From: Desulfotalea psychrophila LSv54
GTDB lineage: Bacteria; Desulfobacterota; Desulfobulbia; Desulfobulbales; Desulfocapsaceae
NCBI RefSeq assembly: GCF_000025945.1
Contig: NC_006138.1
Span: forward strand, 930,001 to 962,000
Direction of reading: 5' to 3'
Length of the DNA: 32,000 nt
The notes under the pieces are model-generated. The model did no database searches. It had not been told where the DNA came from and saw only the letters and a program-made list of their open reading frames with translations. The translations under genes and the position numbers were made by a program. Within the stretch, counting starts at the first letter, position 1. The number at the start of each line of letters is the position of its first letter. Of this stretch, positions 1 to 11,352 are shown piece by piece.

Positions 1-1
1 T

Positions 2-1240
2 GGCGGTGCCTTTGTTTTAGTTTACCTGGTGGCTATTTTACTCTGTGGTATGCCCCTGTTGATGGCGGAATTTGCCATTGGTCGTCACTCGCAAAAGGAT
101 GTTGTCGGTTCCTTTAGAGATCTGATGCCAAAATCAAAGGGATGGCAGATTGTCGGTTGGTTAAACCTCTCAGCTGCCTTTATCATTCTCTCCTATTACG
201 GTGTTATTGCCGGTTGGACCCTGTTTTACCTCTTTGAAGCGGTAACTAATAATTTCGCCGGTCAGAGCCCAGAGGCAATTGATGCAGTCTTTGGTGGACT
301 TGTTACCAGCCCCACTACTCAGCTTCTCTGTCTGACCTACTTTACCATTCTTGTTGTTATCGCTGTTGCTTCTGGTATCCAGAAGGGTATTGAGCGTTGG
401 AATAAGGTGATGATGCCGACCCTCTTTGGTATTGTTGTTGTTTTGGCCCTCTACTCCCTTACCACTCCGGGAGCAGTGGCTGGTTGGAAGTTTATGCTCT
501 ACCCTGACTTCTCCAAGTTGACCATGGGAGGTGTGCTTGAGGCTATCGGTCACTCTTTCTTTACCCTCAGTATTGCCATGGGTATCTTGGTAACCTACGC
601 AAGTTATATGGATAAGAAAGAGAAGATCTTTCCCGTTGCCATCCGGATCGCCTTTCTTGATACCGTTGTGGCCATTGGTGCCGGTCTTGCTATTTTTCCA
701 ATCGTATTCTCCTTTGGTATGGAGCCTGGTGCCGGTCCTGGTCTTATCTTTAAGACTCTGCCCAAGGCATTTGCCCAAATGCCCTTTGGTAATGTGTTGG
801 GAACCCTGTTCTTTGTCCTGATGGCCTTTGCTGCCCTCTCTTCTGCTATTTCTCTTCTTGAGGTACTTACCGCTTTTGCCATTGATGAGAAGAAGTATGA
901 TCGTAAGAAGGCAACCATTATCATGGCTATTGCCGTCTATATTGCCGGTATTCCCTCTGCCCTTTCCTACTCTACCTTTTCTGATATCACCATTTGGGGT
1001 GGCATGCCTATCCTGGATGGTCTTGACCATATGGCAAGTAACTATATGCTGCCAATCGGTGGTCTGTTGATTGCTGTTTATGCAGGTTTTATTGTTGATA
1101 AGCGTATTCTGCAGGCAGAGATTACAGAAGATGGTGCTAAGTATGTGAAGGTCTTTAGGGTGTGGTATTTCACCATCCGTTACGTGACCCCCGTACTCGT
1201 TTTTGTAGTTTTTCTTAAGAGTGTTGGCCTGCTTGGCTAG
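2..1240 (+). CDS. Sodium-dependent transporter, neurotransmitter:sodium symporter (SNF) family, 5'-truncated by the window edge
   Basis: Frame 2 is open from base 2 (GGAFVLVYLVAILLCGMPLLMAEFAIGRHSQKD...). Hydrophobic multi-TM protein with the SNF signature PLLMAEFAIGR and later FFTLSIAMGILVTYASY. Confidence 0.9.
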   Translation, partial: GGAFVLVYLVAILLCGMPLLMAEFAIGRHSQKDVVGSFRDLMPKSKGWQIVGWLNLSAAFIILSYYGVIAGWTLFYLFEAVTNNFAGQSPEAIDAVFGGLVTSPTTQLLCLTYFTILVVIAVASGIQKGIERWNKVMMPTLFGIVVVLALYSLTTPGAVAGWKFMLYPDFSKLTMGGVLEAIGHSFFTLSIAMGILVTYASYMDKKEKIFPVAIRIAFLDTVVAIGAGLAIFPIVFSFGMEPGAGPGLIFKTLPKAFAQMPFGNVLGTLFFVLMAFAALSSAISLLEVLTAFAIDEKKYDRKKATIIMAIAVYIAGIPSALSYSTFSDITIWGGMPILDGLDHMASNYMLPIGGLLIAVYAGFIVDKRILQAEITEDGAKYVKVFRVWYFTIRYVTPVLVFVVFLKSVGLLG

Positions 1241-1261
1241 TTTTCTCGGCCTCCTCTGTAT

Positions 1262-1298
1262 AAAAGCTCTCAGCCTTAAGGCTGGGAGCTTTTTTTTT
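1262..1298 (+). terminator. Rho-independent terminator after the transporter gene
   Basis: AGCTCTCAGCCTTAAGGCTGGGAGCT hairpin followed by TTTTTTTT, starting 22 nt after the stop codon. Confidence 0.85.
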
Positions 1299-1760
1299 GT
1301 CCGAAGGGCAGGGGCGAGGGATGGGGGCATGTTGGCAAATGGATGATTTTTGCCCAGGCATGATATGGGGATTAACCTTGTATTTTTAGGCTGTTATTTT
1401 ATCACCCTGTGCTGGGGCTATTTATGGCAGGCCAGGGGCTGATGGTGGGGAGCTTGCCTGATAAAAATTGAGAAGACATTTGATATATATGCAAAAGTAT
1501 TGTTTGTATAGCCTCCGCTGCCGGGTGAATCCGAGCCTCTTTGCGCATCCTGACCCTTGTTTTCTATTGGATTTTTTTTGTAAAATTCACGGAGATGCTT
1601 GAATGTGACGGCATAACGGGTTCTATTACATCATGTAGAAGGATTAAAACACTGTTGTTTGCAGAATGTTTCTCTATCCATTTTAGTTTTAGAGGCAACG
1701 GTCTGTTTTCTCTGCAAGCTCAATATTCTAGATTAAAAAACTGCCGATAAAAGACACGCT

Positions 1761-4409
1761 ATGAAAGGAAATGAAATTCGCTCAAGGTTTTTGGAGTATT
1801 TTAAGGGTAACGGTCACACCGTTGCTGAAAGTTCTTCATTAGTTCCCAAGGATGATCCCACTCTGCTCTTCACCAATGCGGGGATGGTGCAATTCAAAAG
1901 GGTTTTTATGGGGGATGATAAGAGAGGATATGTCCGAGCTGTTACCAGTCAGAAATGTGTTCGGGCAGGAGGAAAACATAACGATCTGGAGAATGTAGGT
2001 TATACAGCTCGCCATCATACCTTTTTTGAGATGTTAGGTAATTTTTCCTTTGGAGATTATTTCAAGGAGGAGGCGATTCGCCTTGCCTGGAATTTTCTTA
2101 CCGTGGAGCTTGGTCTGCCAGCTGAGAAGATGTGGGTTTCCGTCTTTGAAGATGATGATGAGGCCTTCGCCCTTTGGGAGAAGGTAGAAGACCTGCCCAA
2201 GGGACGTATTGTTCGTCTCGGTGAGAAGGATAATTTTTGGGCCATGGGTGATACCGGACCCTGTGGACCATGTTCTGAAATTCATATTGATCAGGGGGTG
2301 GGCTCCAGTCCCTGTGATAATCCCAACTGTGCCGTTGGCTGTGACTGTGATCGCTTTCTTGAGCTGTGGAATCTCGTTTTTATGCAGTTCAATCGGGCGG
2401 AAGATGGTTCACTGACAGCTCTTCCCAGGCCAAGTATTGATACGGGTATGGGGCTTGAGCGGGTTGCTGCTGTGCTCCAGGGTAAGTTCAATAACTACGA
2501 TTCTGATCTCTTTGCGCCCATTATTGCCGTCCTTGAGGATATTTCCGGAGTGAAATATGGGGCAGCTGCAGATACTGATACGGCTATTCGGGTTATTGCC
2601 GATCATGCCCGGGCGACCAGTTTTCTGGTGGCCGATGGCGTTTTGCCTTCCAACGAGGGTCGCGGCTATGTGCTTCGTCGTATCATGCGTCGTGCCGTTC
2701 GCTATGGCAAGAAGCTGGGTCTTGAAAAGCCATTTATGGACCGGGTTACCAAGGCTGTCTGTGCCGAGATGCAAAACGCTTATCCACAACTTGTGGCGAC
2801 CGCTGCCCTTCTGGAGAAGGTTGTCAACAACGAGGAGGAGCGTTTTCGTGAGACTCTAGAGCATGGTCTTGTGCAGCTGGATGAGAAGATCAGTCAACTC
2901 CTTACGAGTGGTGGAGATGCCGTTATTGACGGCCCCTTTATCTTTAAGCTCTATGATACCTTTGGCTTTCCCTTCGATATTGTTCGCGATATTGCTCTGG
3001 AGCGTGGGGTCGGTTTTGATGAGGCAGGTTTTGCCACAGCCATGGCTGAGCAACGTGCCAAATCCCGTGCCTCCCGAAAGGGTGAAGGCGTTAAGCTCCA
3101 CGACGAGGGGGTCAAGGCCCTGGCCGATGCTGGCAAAAAGGCAGAGTTTCTTGGCTATGAGGGACTTGAGGCAGATTCCGTGGTGGAAGGTTTGCTCTCC
3201 GAGCAGGGCAGTGGGGTTGAAAAACTTGTCGCCGGTGAAAAGGGTAGAGTCTTTGTGGCGGCCACTCCGTTTTATGCCGAGGCGGGTGGGCAGATGGGTG
3301 ATAGAGGCTCTGTGCGCTGGCAAGGTGGGCAGGCATCTGTCTATGCCACCCAGGCCGAGGGCACGGGGCTGATCCTTCATGATCTCTTGGTGGAGGAGGG
3401 TGAGCTGAGCCTGGGGCTTGAGGTGACTCTTCAGGTGGATGATGAGGAGAGAAAGGCAACTGCCTCTAACCATAGTGCAACTCATCTCCTGCAGGCGGCG
3501 CTTATCTCCGTTTTGGGTGATCATGTTAAACAGTCAGGTTCTCTGGTTGGTCCTGAACGATTGCGCTTTGATTTCACCAATTTTTCTCAGCTAACAGCTG
3601 CAGAGATTGCCCAGGTGGAGACCCTGGTCAATGAGCAGATACGAAATAATGCCGTTATAGCAACGGATGTTCTCTCAAAACAGGAGGCAATTGCCGGTGG
3701 GGCCACGGCTCTCTTTGGGGAAAAATATGACGATGATGTACGTGTTGTCTCCATGGGCGATTATAGTAGGGAGCTTTGCGGTGGCACTCATGTCGGGGCA
3801 ACGGGCGAAATTGGTCTCTTTGTTATTCTGTCGGAGAGTGGTATTGCCGCTGGTGTGCGTCGTATAGAGGCCTTGACAGGCCGCGCAGCCCTTGCCTATG
3901 TCCAGGGTCGTCTCTCTACGGGTAATGAGCTTGCAGATCTCTTGAGCTGTAAATCAGGCGATCTGGTGCCTAAGGTTGAATCTTTGCTGACTGCTGTTAA
4001 GGAGGGTGAGAAACGTGTTGCCCAACTTGCAGGTCAACTTGCCAGCTCCGGTCTGGATGATCTGTTGAATAATGCCCTGACCGTTGCCGGGATAAAGGTT
4101 GTTGTGGCTGAGGTGCCTCTGGAAAATGCCAAGGCCCTGCGTGAGCTTGGTGATAAGGTCCGGGATAATCTGGAGAGTGGCATTGCTGTTATTGGTGGTG
4201 CTGTTGGTGGTAAGGTTGCCCTTCTTGCCATTGTTACCAAAGATCTGGTAGATAGAATTCAGGCAGGACGGATCGTCAGTGAGGTTTCCGGAATTGTTGG
4301 TGGAAAAGGTGGTGGCCGTCCTGATATGGCTCAGGCTGGCGGTACCATGCCAGATAAGCTCAGCGAGGCAATAGCCTCTGTTCCAGCAATTATCGAAGCG
4401 ATGCTGTAA
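1761..4409 (+). CDS. alaS: Alanine--tRNA ligase
   Basis: 882 aa ORF; N-term RSRFLEYFKGNGHTVAESSSLVPKDDPTLLFTNAGMVQFK, C-term GGKGGGRPDMAQAGG; typical AlaRS motifs throughout. Confidence 0.98.
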   Translation: MKGNEIRSRFLEYFKGNGHTVAESSSLVPKDDPTLLFTNAGMVQFKRVFMGDDKRGYVRAVTSQKCVRAGGKHNDLENVGYTARHHTFFEMLGNFSFGDYFKEEAIRLAWNFLTVELGLPAEKMWVSVFEDDDEAFALWEKVEDLPKGRIVRLGEKDNFWAMGDTGPCGPCSEIHIDQGVGSSPCDNPNCAVGCDCDRFLELWNLVFMQFNRAEDGSLTALPRPSIDTGMGLERVAAVLQGKFNNYDSDLFAPIIAVLEDISGVKYGAAADTDTAIRVIADHARATSFLVADGVLPSNEGRGYVLRRIMRRAVRYGKKLGLEKPFMDRVTKAVCAEMQNAYPQLVATAALLEKVVNNEEERFRETLEHGLVQLDEKISQLLTSGGDAVIDGPFIFKLYDTFGFPFDIVRDIALERGVGFDEAGFATAMAEQRAKSRASRKGEGVKLHDEGVKALADAGKKAEFLGYEGLEADSVVEGLLSEQGSGVEKLVAGEKGRVFVAATPFYAEAGGQMGDRGSVRWQGGQASVYATQAEGTGLILHDLLVEEGELSLGLEVTLQVDDEERKATASNHSATHLLQAALISVLGDHVKQSGSLVGPERLRFDFTNFSQLTAAEIAQVETLVNEQIRNNAVIATDVLSKQEAIAGGATALFGEKYDDDVRVVSMGDYSRELCGGTHVGATGEIGLFVILSESGIAAGVRRIEALTGRAALAYVQGRLSTGNELADLLSCKSGDLVPKVESLLTAVKEGEKRVAQLAGQLASSGLDDLLNNALTVAGIKVVVAEVPLENAKALRELGDKVRDNLESGIAVIGGAVGGKVALLAIVTKDLVDRIQAGRIVSEVSGIVGGKGGGRPDMAQAGGTMPDKLSEAIASVPAIIEAML

Positions 4410-4709
4410 AAGGTAGCGCGCGGTATCTCTTTTGATGCGATCGCTTGAAGAAAGCGTATTTCCGCAGGTTTTTCTGCCTAACTTATTGCTAAACGGGGAA
4501 TATCCTGATTAAAAATGAGTTGACAGGCGGTCGCATTTGCAGTAAAAAAATTCTATTATCTTGACTCGTTGGAGTCATTATACCCACCTAACACGTAGTA
4601 AGGTTGTGCAGTTTCACCTTGTATGCGGTCATCGTTCATTCTTGAATCGTTAGAATGGATGTTACGTTTTTTTTTGTTTGTTATCTTAGCTTATTGGGGG
4701 AGTGATAAC

Positions 4710-5141
4710 ATGATTACAATGGATATTACTTTGGTAATTCAGATTGTTAACATGGTTGTTCTCATGTTTCTGCTGAACAAAGTTCTTTACAAACCTGTAA
4801 AGAAAATTTTGGCGGAGCGATTTGAAAAGTTGCGGGGTATGCGCGGCGAAATTTCGAAGTTTGAAAAAAACGCGAGTTTGCGTCAGAGTGACATGAATGC
4901 AAAGATGACCGAGGCCTCAGGAAAGGCCAAGGTTGCTTTGGACTCTGCTCGTGCAGATGCACAGGCCGCAGGCGATACAAAGCTTGCTGCAATTAAGGCT
5001 GAGGCTGACTCTGTAAAGGAGAAGCAGCTTGCCGAGGTCAAATCTCAAATTGAAAGTGCCAGGGCCGGTTTGCAAACAGAGCTCTCTCTCTTTGCAAGGG
5101 ATATGGCAGGTAAAATTTTGGGGAGGAGTTTAAAGGCATGA
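4710..5141 (+). CDS. atpF': F1Fo ATP synthase subunit b' (first B/B'-type peripheral stalk subunit)
   Basis: ORF opens at 4623; the likely ATG is 4710 (MITMDITLVIQIVNMVVLMFLLNKVLYKPVKKILAERFEKL) behind GGGGGAG. N-terminal TM plus long Ala-rich helix, immediately upstream of a second b-type gene. Start choice is inference. Confidence 0.85.
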   Translation: MITMDITLVIQIVNMVVLMFLLNKVLYKPVKKILAERFEKLRGMRGEISKFEKNASLRQSDMNAKMTEASGKAKVALDSARADAQAAGDTKLAAIKAEADSVKEKQLAEVKSQIESARAGLQTELSLFARDMAGKILGRSLKA

Positions 5142-5866
5142 AAGAGAATATAAAACGTGTTCTGCCATTTTTGCTGGTATTGCTTTTTGCCTTTGCTCCT
5201 CTCGCTCTTGCCTCAGCTCCAGTTGATGCTCCGGCTCCAGCTGATGCTCCGGCTGATGCTCTGCCTTCTGCTAAGGTTATTTCTGCTCCAGCCGATGCCG
5301 GTGTTATTGAAGCGGTAGAACTGGAACATGCAACCGTTACTGGTGCCCATGATGTAGCGGTAGCCCATGTCGCTGACAGCCTCTCCCATGAGAAGTTGAT
5401 GGATCTTTTCTGGCGAGTGTTGAACTTTGCCGTGTTGATGGCCATCTTGATCAAGTTTGGGGCAAAGCCTATTGCTAATGCTCTTTCCGGTCGTCAGCAG
5501 CGGGTGAAGTCTGAAGTGGAGGATCTTGAGGCCCGTCGCATTGTTGCCGAGAAAGAGTTTCGCCAGTTTGAGGCAAAGCTTGCCAATGTTGAAAAGGATA
5601 TTGATAGCATTGTTGATAAGGCCGTTGCCCAGGCCGAGATTGAGAAGGCTAAGATTCTAGAAAGAGCCGAGCAGGCGGCAGCAGATATTCAAAAATCTGC
5701 TGAGCAGGCAATCCAGAATGAGATTGCCAACGCTAAACGTAGCCTGAAAAACGATGCTGCTGATCAGGCCGCTGTTATGGCAGAGGAACTTATTGTTAAG
5801 CACCTCACCGCTGATGATCAGGTAAAAATTGTTGAAGATTATTTAGCTAAAGTGGGGGCCGTGTAA
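5138..5866 (+). CDS. atpF: F1Fo ATP synthase subunit b with N-terminal signal-like segment and Ala/Pro/Asp-rich extension
   Basis: 242 aa; MKENIKRVLPFLLVLLFAFAPLALASAPVDAPAPADAPADALPS..., then FWRVLNFAVLMAILIKFGAKPIANAL TM and coiled-coil; 4-nt overlap with the preceding gene. Confidence 0.9.
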   Translation: MKENIKRVLPFLLVLLFAFAPLALASAPVDAPAPADAPADALPSAKVISAPADAGVIEAVELEHATVTGAHDVAVAHVADSLSHEKLMDLFWRVLNFAVLMAILIKFGAKPIANALSGRQQRVKSEVEDLEARRIVAEKEFRQFEAKLANVEKDIDSIVDKAVAQAEIEKAKILERAEQAAADIQKSAEQAIQNEIANAKRSLKNDAADQAAVMAEELIVKHLTADDQVKIVEDYLAKVGAV

Positions 5867-6411
5867 TGAAACAGACAATCCTCGCACGAAGATATGCAAA
5901 AGCTGTCTTTTCCATAGGCGCCGATAGTGGCAAATATGGGGAGTATAATGATGCTCTTCAGGCTGTTGCAAATCTGTATATGACCAACCCCGATGTTGTA
6001 GATGCTCTAACCAACCCTCTTTATCCTTTAGAACTTCGTGAGAAGGTGATGGTAGGAATAGTAAAGTCCATGGACATTGATGCTGTAATGAGCAATTTCC
6101 TCAATCTCCTCGTTGAGAAAAAGCGTGCGGAAATTCTTCCAGAGATAGCAGAAGAGTTTCAGGCCATGGTTGATGATGCTCAGAATCTGAGCCATGGAAG
6201 CGTGATTTCAGCCGTTGAGTTGAGTGAAGAGTTACAGGGGAAAATTCAGCAGACATTAGAAAAGCTAACCGGTAAGAAGGTGGAGCTTACGACCAGTGTC
6301 GATCCATCAATCATTGGTGGTATTGTGGCCAAGGTAGGTGACTTGGTGCTGGACGGTAGCATTAAAACACAACTTGCAGGTTTAAAAGAATCCATTAAGG
6401 GGAGAGAATAG
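5866..6411 (+). CDS. atpH: F1Fo ATP synthase subunit delta
   Basis: 181 aa; LARRYAKAVFSIGADSGKYGEY... and C-term DPSIIGGIVAKVGDLVLDGSIKTQLAGLKESI. Confidence 0.95.
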   Translation: MKQTILARRYAKAVFSIGADSGKYGEYNDALQAVANLYMTNPDVVDALTNPLYPLELREKVMVGIVKSMDIDAVMSNFLNLLVEKKRAEILPEIAEEFQAMVDDAQNLSHGSVISAVELSEELQGKIQQTLEKLTGKKVELTTSVDPSIIGGIVAKVGDLVLDGSIKTQLAGLKESIKGRE

Positions 6412-7935
6412 ATGCAGATTAAAGCCGAAGAAATCAGTCAGATTATCAAAGATCAGATCGGAGACTACGAGACAAGTGTAGATCTGAACGAGACTGGTAC
6501 CGTTATTTCTGTTGGTGATGGTATCGCCCGTATCTATGGTGTACAAAATTGTATGGCAATGGAGCTTCTTGAATTCCCTAGTGGAATTATGGGACTTGCC
6601 CTGAACCTTGAGGAAGATAACGTTGGTTGTGCAGTACTCGGTAGTGTTCAAGGTATTAAGGAAGGCGATATTGTTAAGCGTACCGGTAAGATTGCAGAGG
6701 TTCCTGTAGGACCTGCAATGTCCGGCCGTGTTGTTGATGGTCTTGGCAAGCCTATTGATGGCCAAGGTCCAATTAACTCTGATCTTACCTCTAAGATTGA
6801 AGTGGTGGCTCCAGGTGTTATTGCCCGTAAAGGTGTGCATGAACCATGTTACACCGGTGCCAAGGCAGTTGATGCTATGACCCCTGTTGGTCGTGGACAG
6901 CGTGAGCTGGTGATCGGTGATCGTCAGATTGGCAAGACTGCCCTCTGTGTTGATGCAATTATTGCCCAGAAGAACACTGACGTGCACTGCATCTACGTAG
7001 CAGTAGGCCAGAAAAAATCTACCGTAGCCCTTGTGGTGGAAGCCCTGCGTAAGCACGGTGCCATGGAGTACACCACCGTTGTTGCTGCCTGTGCCTCTGA
7101 TCCTGCCCCAATGCAGTATATTGCCCCCTTTGCCGGTTGTTCCATGGGTGAGTACTACCGTGATAATGGTCAACATGCCCTGATCATCTATGATGATCTT
7201 TCCAAGCAGGCAGTTGCCTATCGTGAACTCTCCCTGCTTCTTCGTCGTCCACCGGGACGTGAGGCTTATCCGGGTGATATTTTCTTTAATCACTCCCGTC
7301 TGCTTGAGCGTGCCTCCAAGGTAAATGATGAGCTTGGTGCCGGTTCTCTTACTGCCCTGCCAATCATTGAAACTCAGGCCGGTGATGTTTCTGCCTTTAT
7401 TCCTACCAACGTTATTTCTATTACCGACGGTCAGGTGTATCTCGAGCCAAACCTCTTCTTCTCCGGTGTTCGTCCAGCGGTAAATATTGGTCTCTCTGTA
7501 TCCCGTGTTGGCGGCTCTGCCCAGTGTAAGGCGATGAAACAGGTAGCAGGTACCCTGCGTCTTGATCTTGCCCAGTATCGTGAGCTTGCCGCTTTTGCAG
7601 CCTTTGGCTCTGATCTTGATGTTTCAACCCAGGCTAAACTTACCCGTGGAGAGAGACTCGTTGAGATCCTCAAGCAGCCACAGTATCAGCCACTACCAAT
7701 GGAGAAGCAGGTAACTATTCTCTACGCTGGTTCTACAGGTCATCTTGACTCACTTCCTATTGGCAGCTTGGCAGCCTACGAGGCAGATCTCTATGACTAT
7801 CTTGAGGCTAATGAGCCATCAGTCTTTACCGATCTGGTAGCCGAACAGGCCTTCACCGATGGAATTAAAGAGAAACTCAATAAGGCACTGACCAGCTTTG
7901 GTGAAACGTTCAAGGCAATCAAGGGTCTTAAATAA
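6412..7935 (+). CDS. atpA: F1Fo ATP synthase subunit alpha
   Basis: 507 aa; [11 protein letters not shown]-loop [30 protein letters not shown]. Confidence 0.99.
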   Translation: MQIKAEEISQIIKDQIGDYETSVDLNETGTVISVGDGIARIYGVQNCMAMELLEFPSGIMGLALNLEEDNVGCAVLGSVQGIKEGDIVKRTGKIAEVPVGPAMSGRVVDGLGKPIDGQGPINSDLTSKIEVVAPGVIARKGVHEPCYTGAKAVDAMTPVGRGQRELVIGDRQIGKTALCVDAIIAQKNTDVHCIYVAVGQKKSTVALVVEALRKHGAMEYTTVVAACASDPAPMQYIAPFAGCSMGEYYRDNGQHALIIYDDLSKQAVAYRELSLLLRRPPGREAYPGDIFFNHSRLLERASKVNDELGAGSLTALPIIETQAGDVSAFIPTNVISITDGQVYLEPNLFFSGVRPAVNIGLSVSRVGGSAQCKAMKQVAGTLRLDLAQYRELAAFAAFGSDLDVSTQAKLTRGERLVEILKQPQYQPLPMEKQVTILYAGSTGHLDSLPIGSLAAYEADLYDYLEANEPSVFTDLVAEQAFTDGIKEKLNKALTSFGETFKAIKGLK

Positions 7936-7953
7936 TCAAAGAAAGGTCACGAT

Positions 7954-8826
7954 ATGCCGAGTTTAAAAGAAGTTAAAACAAAGATCACAGGTGTAAAGAA
8001 GACATCTCAGATTACTAAGGCGATGAACATGGTCGCTGCCTCAAGGTTGCGTGGTGCTCAGGATAAGATGGAATCCTTTCGTCCATACGCATCTAAGTTT
8101 AGCGAGGCTATGTCAAATCTGTCCGGCGGGGGAAATACCAATGCCTTTCCTCTGATGGATGTCCGTGATGTTAAAACGGTGGAGCTTATTGTTGTTACCT
8201 CCGATCGTGGTTTATGTGGTTCCTTTAATGCCAATGTTGTGAAGCTTACCGAAAAGAAGATGGCTCAGTATCGGGCTGAAGGAAAAAAGGTAAGTCTGAT
8301 CTGTATTGGCAAGAAGGGATATCAGTTATTGAGAAAGAGTGGCGCCGTTCGTGAGAATTATTCAGACATAATGGCTCATTTTTCTATAAATAACGCCCGA
8401 GAAATTGCATCTGATGTGGCGGATAACTTTCTCAAGGGAACCGCTGATAAGGTAGAGATTATTTATGGTGCCTTTAAGTCCGTTGCCGTTCAGGCCCCGG
8501 TTGCCGAGGATCTTCTGCCTATCCAACCCGTTGTCAGCAGTGAGCCTGCGGGCGAGCAGACCATGTCTGGAGACTATATCTATGAACCTTCCAGTGAAGA
8601 GATCATGGATGCCATGCAGCCACTCTATCTCAACGTGCTCGTCTATCATGCCATGCTTGAGGTGGGTGCCTCTGAGCATGCTGCCAGGATGACAGCAATG
8701 GACAATGCAACCACAGCATGTCGAGATATTGTTAGTAATTTGACCATTGTATACAATAAGGCTCGCCAGGCCGCTGTAACAAATGAGTTGATGGACATCG
8801 TTGGCGGCGCAGAAGCTCTTAAATAG
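7954..8826 (+). CDS. atpG: F1Fo ATP synthase subunit gamma
   Basis: 290 aa; KKTSQITKAMNMVAASRLR, TSDRGLCGSFNANV, C-term YNKARQAAVTNELMDIVGGAEAL. Confidence 0.98.
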   Translation: MPSLKEVKTKITGVKKTSQITKAMNMVAASRLRGAQDKMESFRPYASKFSEAMSNLSGGGNTNAFPLMDVRDVKTVELIVVTSDRGLCGSFNANVVKLTEKKMAQYRAEGKKVSLICIGKKGYQLLRKSGAVRENYSDIMAHFSINNAREIASDVADNFLKGTADKVEIIYGAFKSVAVQAPVAEDLLPIQPVVSSEPAGEQTMSGDYIYEPSSEEIMDAMQPLYLNVLVYHAMLEVGASEHAARMTAMDNATTACRDIVSNLTIVYNKARQAAVTNELMDIVGGAEALK

Positions 8827-8871
8827 AAATTAACTGTTTTACGGATAATCTAAGACTTTGAGGAGGGGTAA

Positions 8872-10293
<1,422 letters not shown>

Positions 10294-10348
10294 ATTCATC
10301 GTCCCTGCTTTCGGGCAGGGATAAAAAATAGTTTGAGAGGTCAACTCC

Positions 10349-10765
10349 ATGGCACAACAAATTAATTTAGAGGTGGTTACACCTTCGGGGTCGATTATTA
10401 ACAAGGATGTTGATATTGTTAACGCTCCCGGTAGCGGTGGCGACTTCGGTGTCTTGGCCAATCACGCACCTCTTTTGTCAACTATCAAGATAGGCGCTTT
10501 GACTTATGAGATCGGTGAGGAACGCAATACCCTGATGGTAAGTGGTGGGTTTTGTGAAGTTTCCAATAATAAAATTACCTTTCTTGTGGAAAGTGCTGAA
10601 GCAAAACAAGATATTGATACTGACAGAGCGATGAAGGCCAAAATAAGAGCTGAAAAGCGCATTGCCAAGCATGGTTTGCCGAGCGATGAGGCTTATAGCG
10701 ATACCCGCGCTGAAGCTGCACTTCACCGTGCACTTATTCGTCTCCGGGTGGCACAGGGACTCTAG
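10349..10765 (+). CDS. atpC: F1Fo ATP synthase subunit epsilon
   Basis: 138 aa; [41 protein letters not shown]. Confidence 0.97.
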
Positions 10766-10784
10766 TCCTCCCGCCGCTTGTCAA

Positions 10785-10825
10785 GGGGGCCTCTCTTCGA
10801 AAGAAGAGAGGCCCCCTTTTTTTTT
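10785..10825 (+). terminator. Strong Rho-independent terminator ending the ATP synthase cluster
   Basis: GGGGGCCTCTCTTC-GAAA-GAAGAGAGGCCCCC: perfect 14-bp stem, GAAA loop, followed by a 9-T run. Confidence 0.95.
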
Positions 10826-11088
10826 GTTTACTACGCTATTATTACAAAAAATAACTGTCCTCTCTTTGCCGGGCTGATTCTGTCTACCACCTCCAACACC
10901 TCTTGTGTTGTGCCTTTCTCCTCCAGCTGGAAACGCCCATAAGGTCTTCTCTGGCTTTTGTTGTTGTCCTTCCGTAAGTAGCTAATCCCTGATATCTTTT
11001 TTGAATCGAGGTATGACGGTGTAGTAACTGTCCGTCATCGTTATTTTTTTATTTGCAAGGCCATAAAAGGTAAGTTTTGGGTTTTTCG

Positions 11089-11169
11089 AGCAATATACAT
11101 ATGTATAAAGCCTGAAAACTTGAGTATTCGAGCAATGGATGTAGACAGGCCAAATACTTGAGAAGAAGG
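11089..11169. repeat. Two units of the ~42-bp degenerate repeat (short version of the array)
   Basis: 11089 GAGCAATATACATATGTATAAAGCCTGAAAACTTGAGTATTC; 11131 GAGCAATGGATGTAGACAGGCCAAATACTTGAGAAGAAG. Same motifs as 12039-12325. Confidence 0.8.
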
Positions 11170-11352
11170 CCTATCTACGGGCAGGCGCGGCCGCAAAAGG
11201 TGAATCAGGCTTCGCTTTTGTAGGCAAAGAGCCTGTCTATGGGCGCTGAGAGGGGAAGCAAGGAGGAGCAGCCTATTTAGCCCTGGTACAGGGTAAAGGT
11301 TAAACCTTTGGGTAAAGTCGTTTCCTTTACCCGTGCATTATCCAGATGTTGA
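11131..11352. repeat. Conserved block A, copy 1 (direct repeat of 12287-12501)
   Basis: ~222 bp nearly identical to copy 2, including GTGAATCAGGCTTCGCTTTTGTAGGCAAAGAGCCTGTCTATGGG and CCTTTGGGTAAAGTCGTTTCCTTTACCC...GCATTATCCAGATGTTGA. Confidence 0.9.

Noticed and set aside
170-1330. 386-aa minus-strand ORF opposite the SNF transporter
   Set aside because: Shadow ORF of a clear multi-TM transporter; Lys/Asn/Gly/His-rich with no domain, and it runs through the terminator.
4520-4559. Promoter for the ATP synthase cluster (TTGACA at 4520 and TATTAT at 4554)
   Set aside because: The spacer is 28 nt, too long for a sigma70 promoter; not reported as a feature.
6382-7293. Long antisense ORF opposite atpA (303 aa), and similar antisense ORFs opposite alaS, atpD, ygiQ and nhaD
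   Set aside because: They lie entirely opposite strongly supported housekeeping genes, have low-complexity or biased composition, and are typical shadow ORFs.
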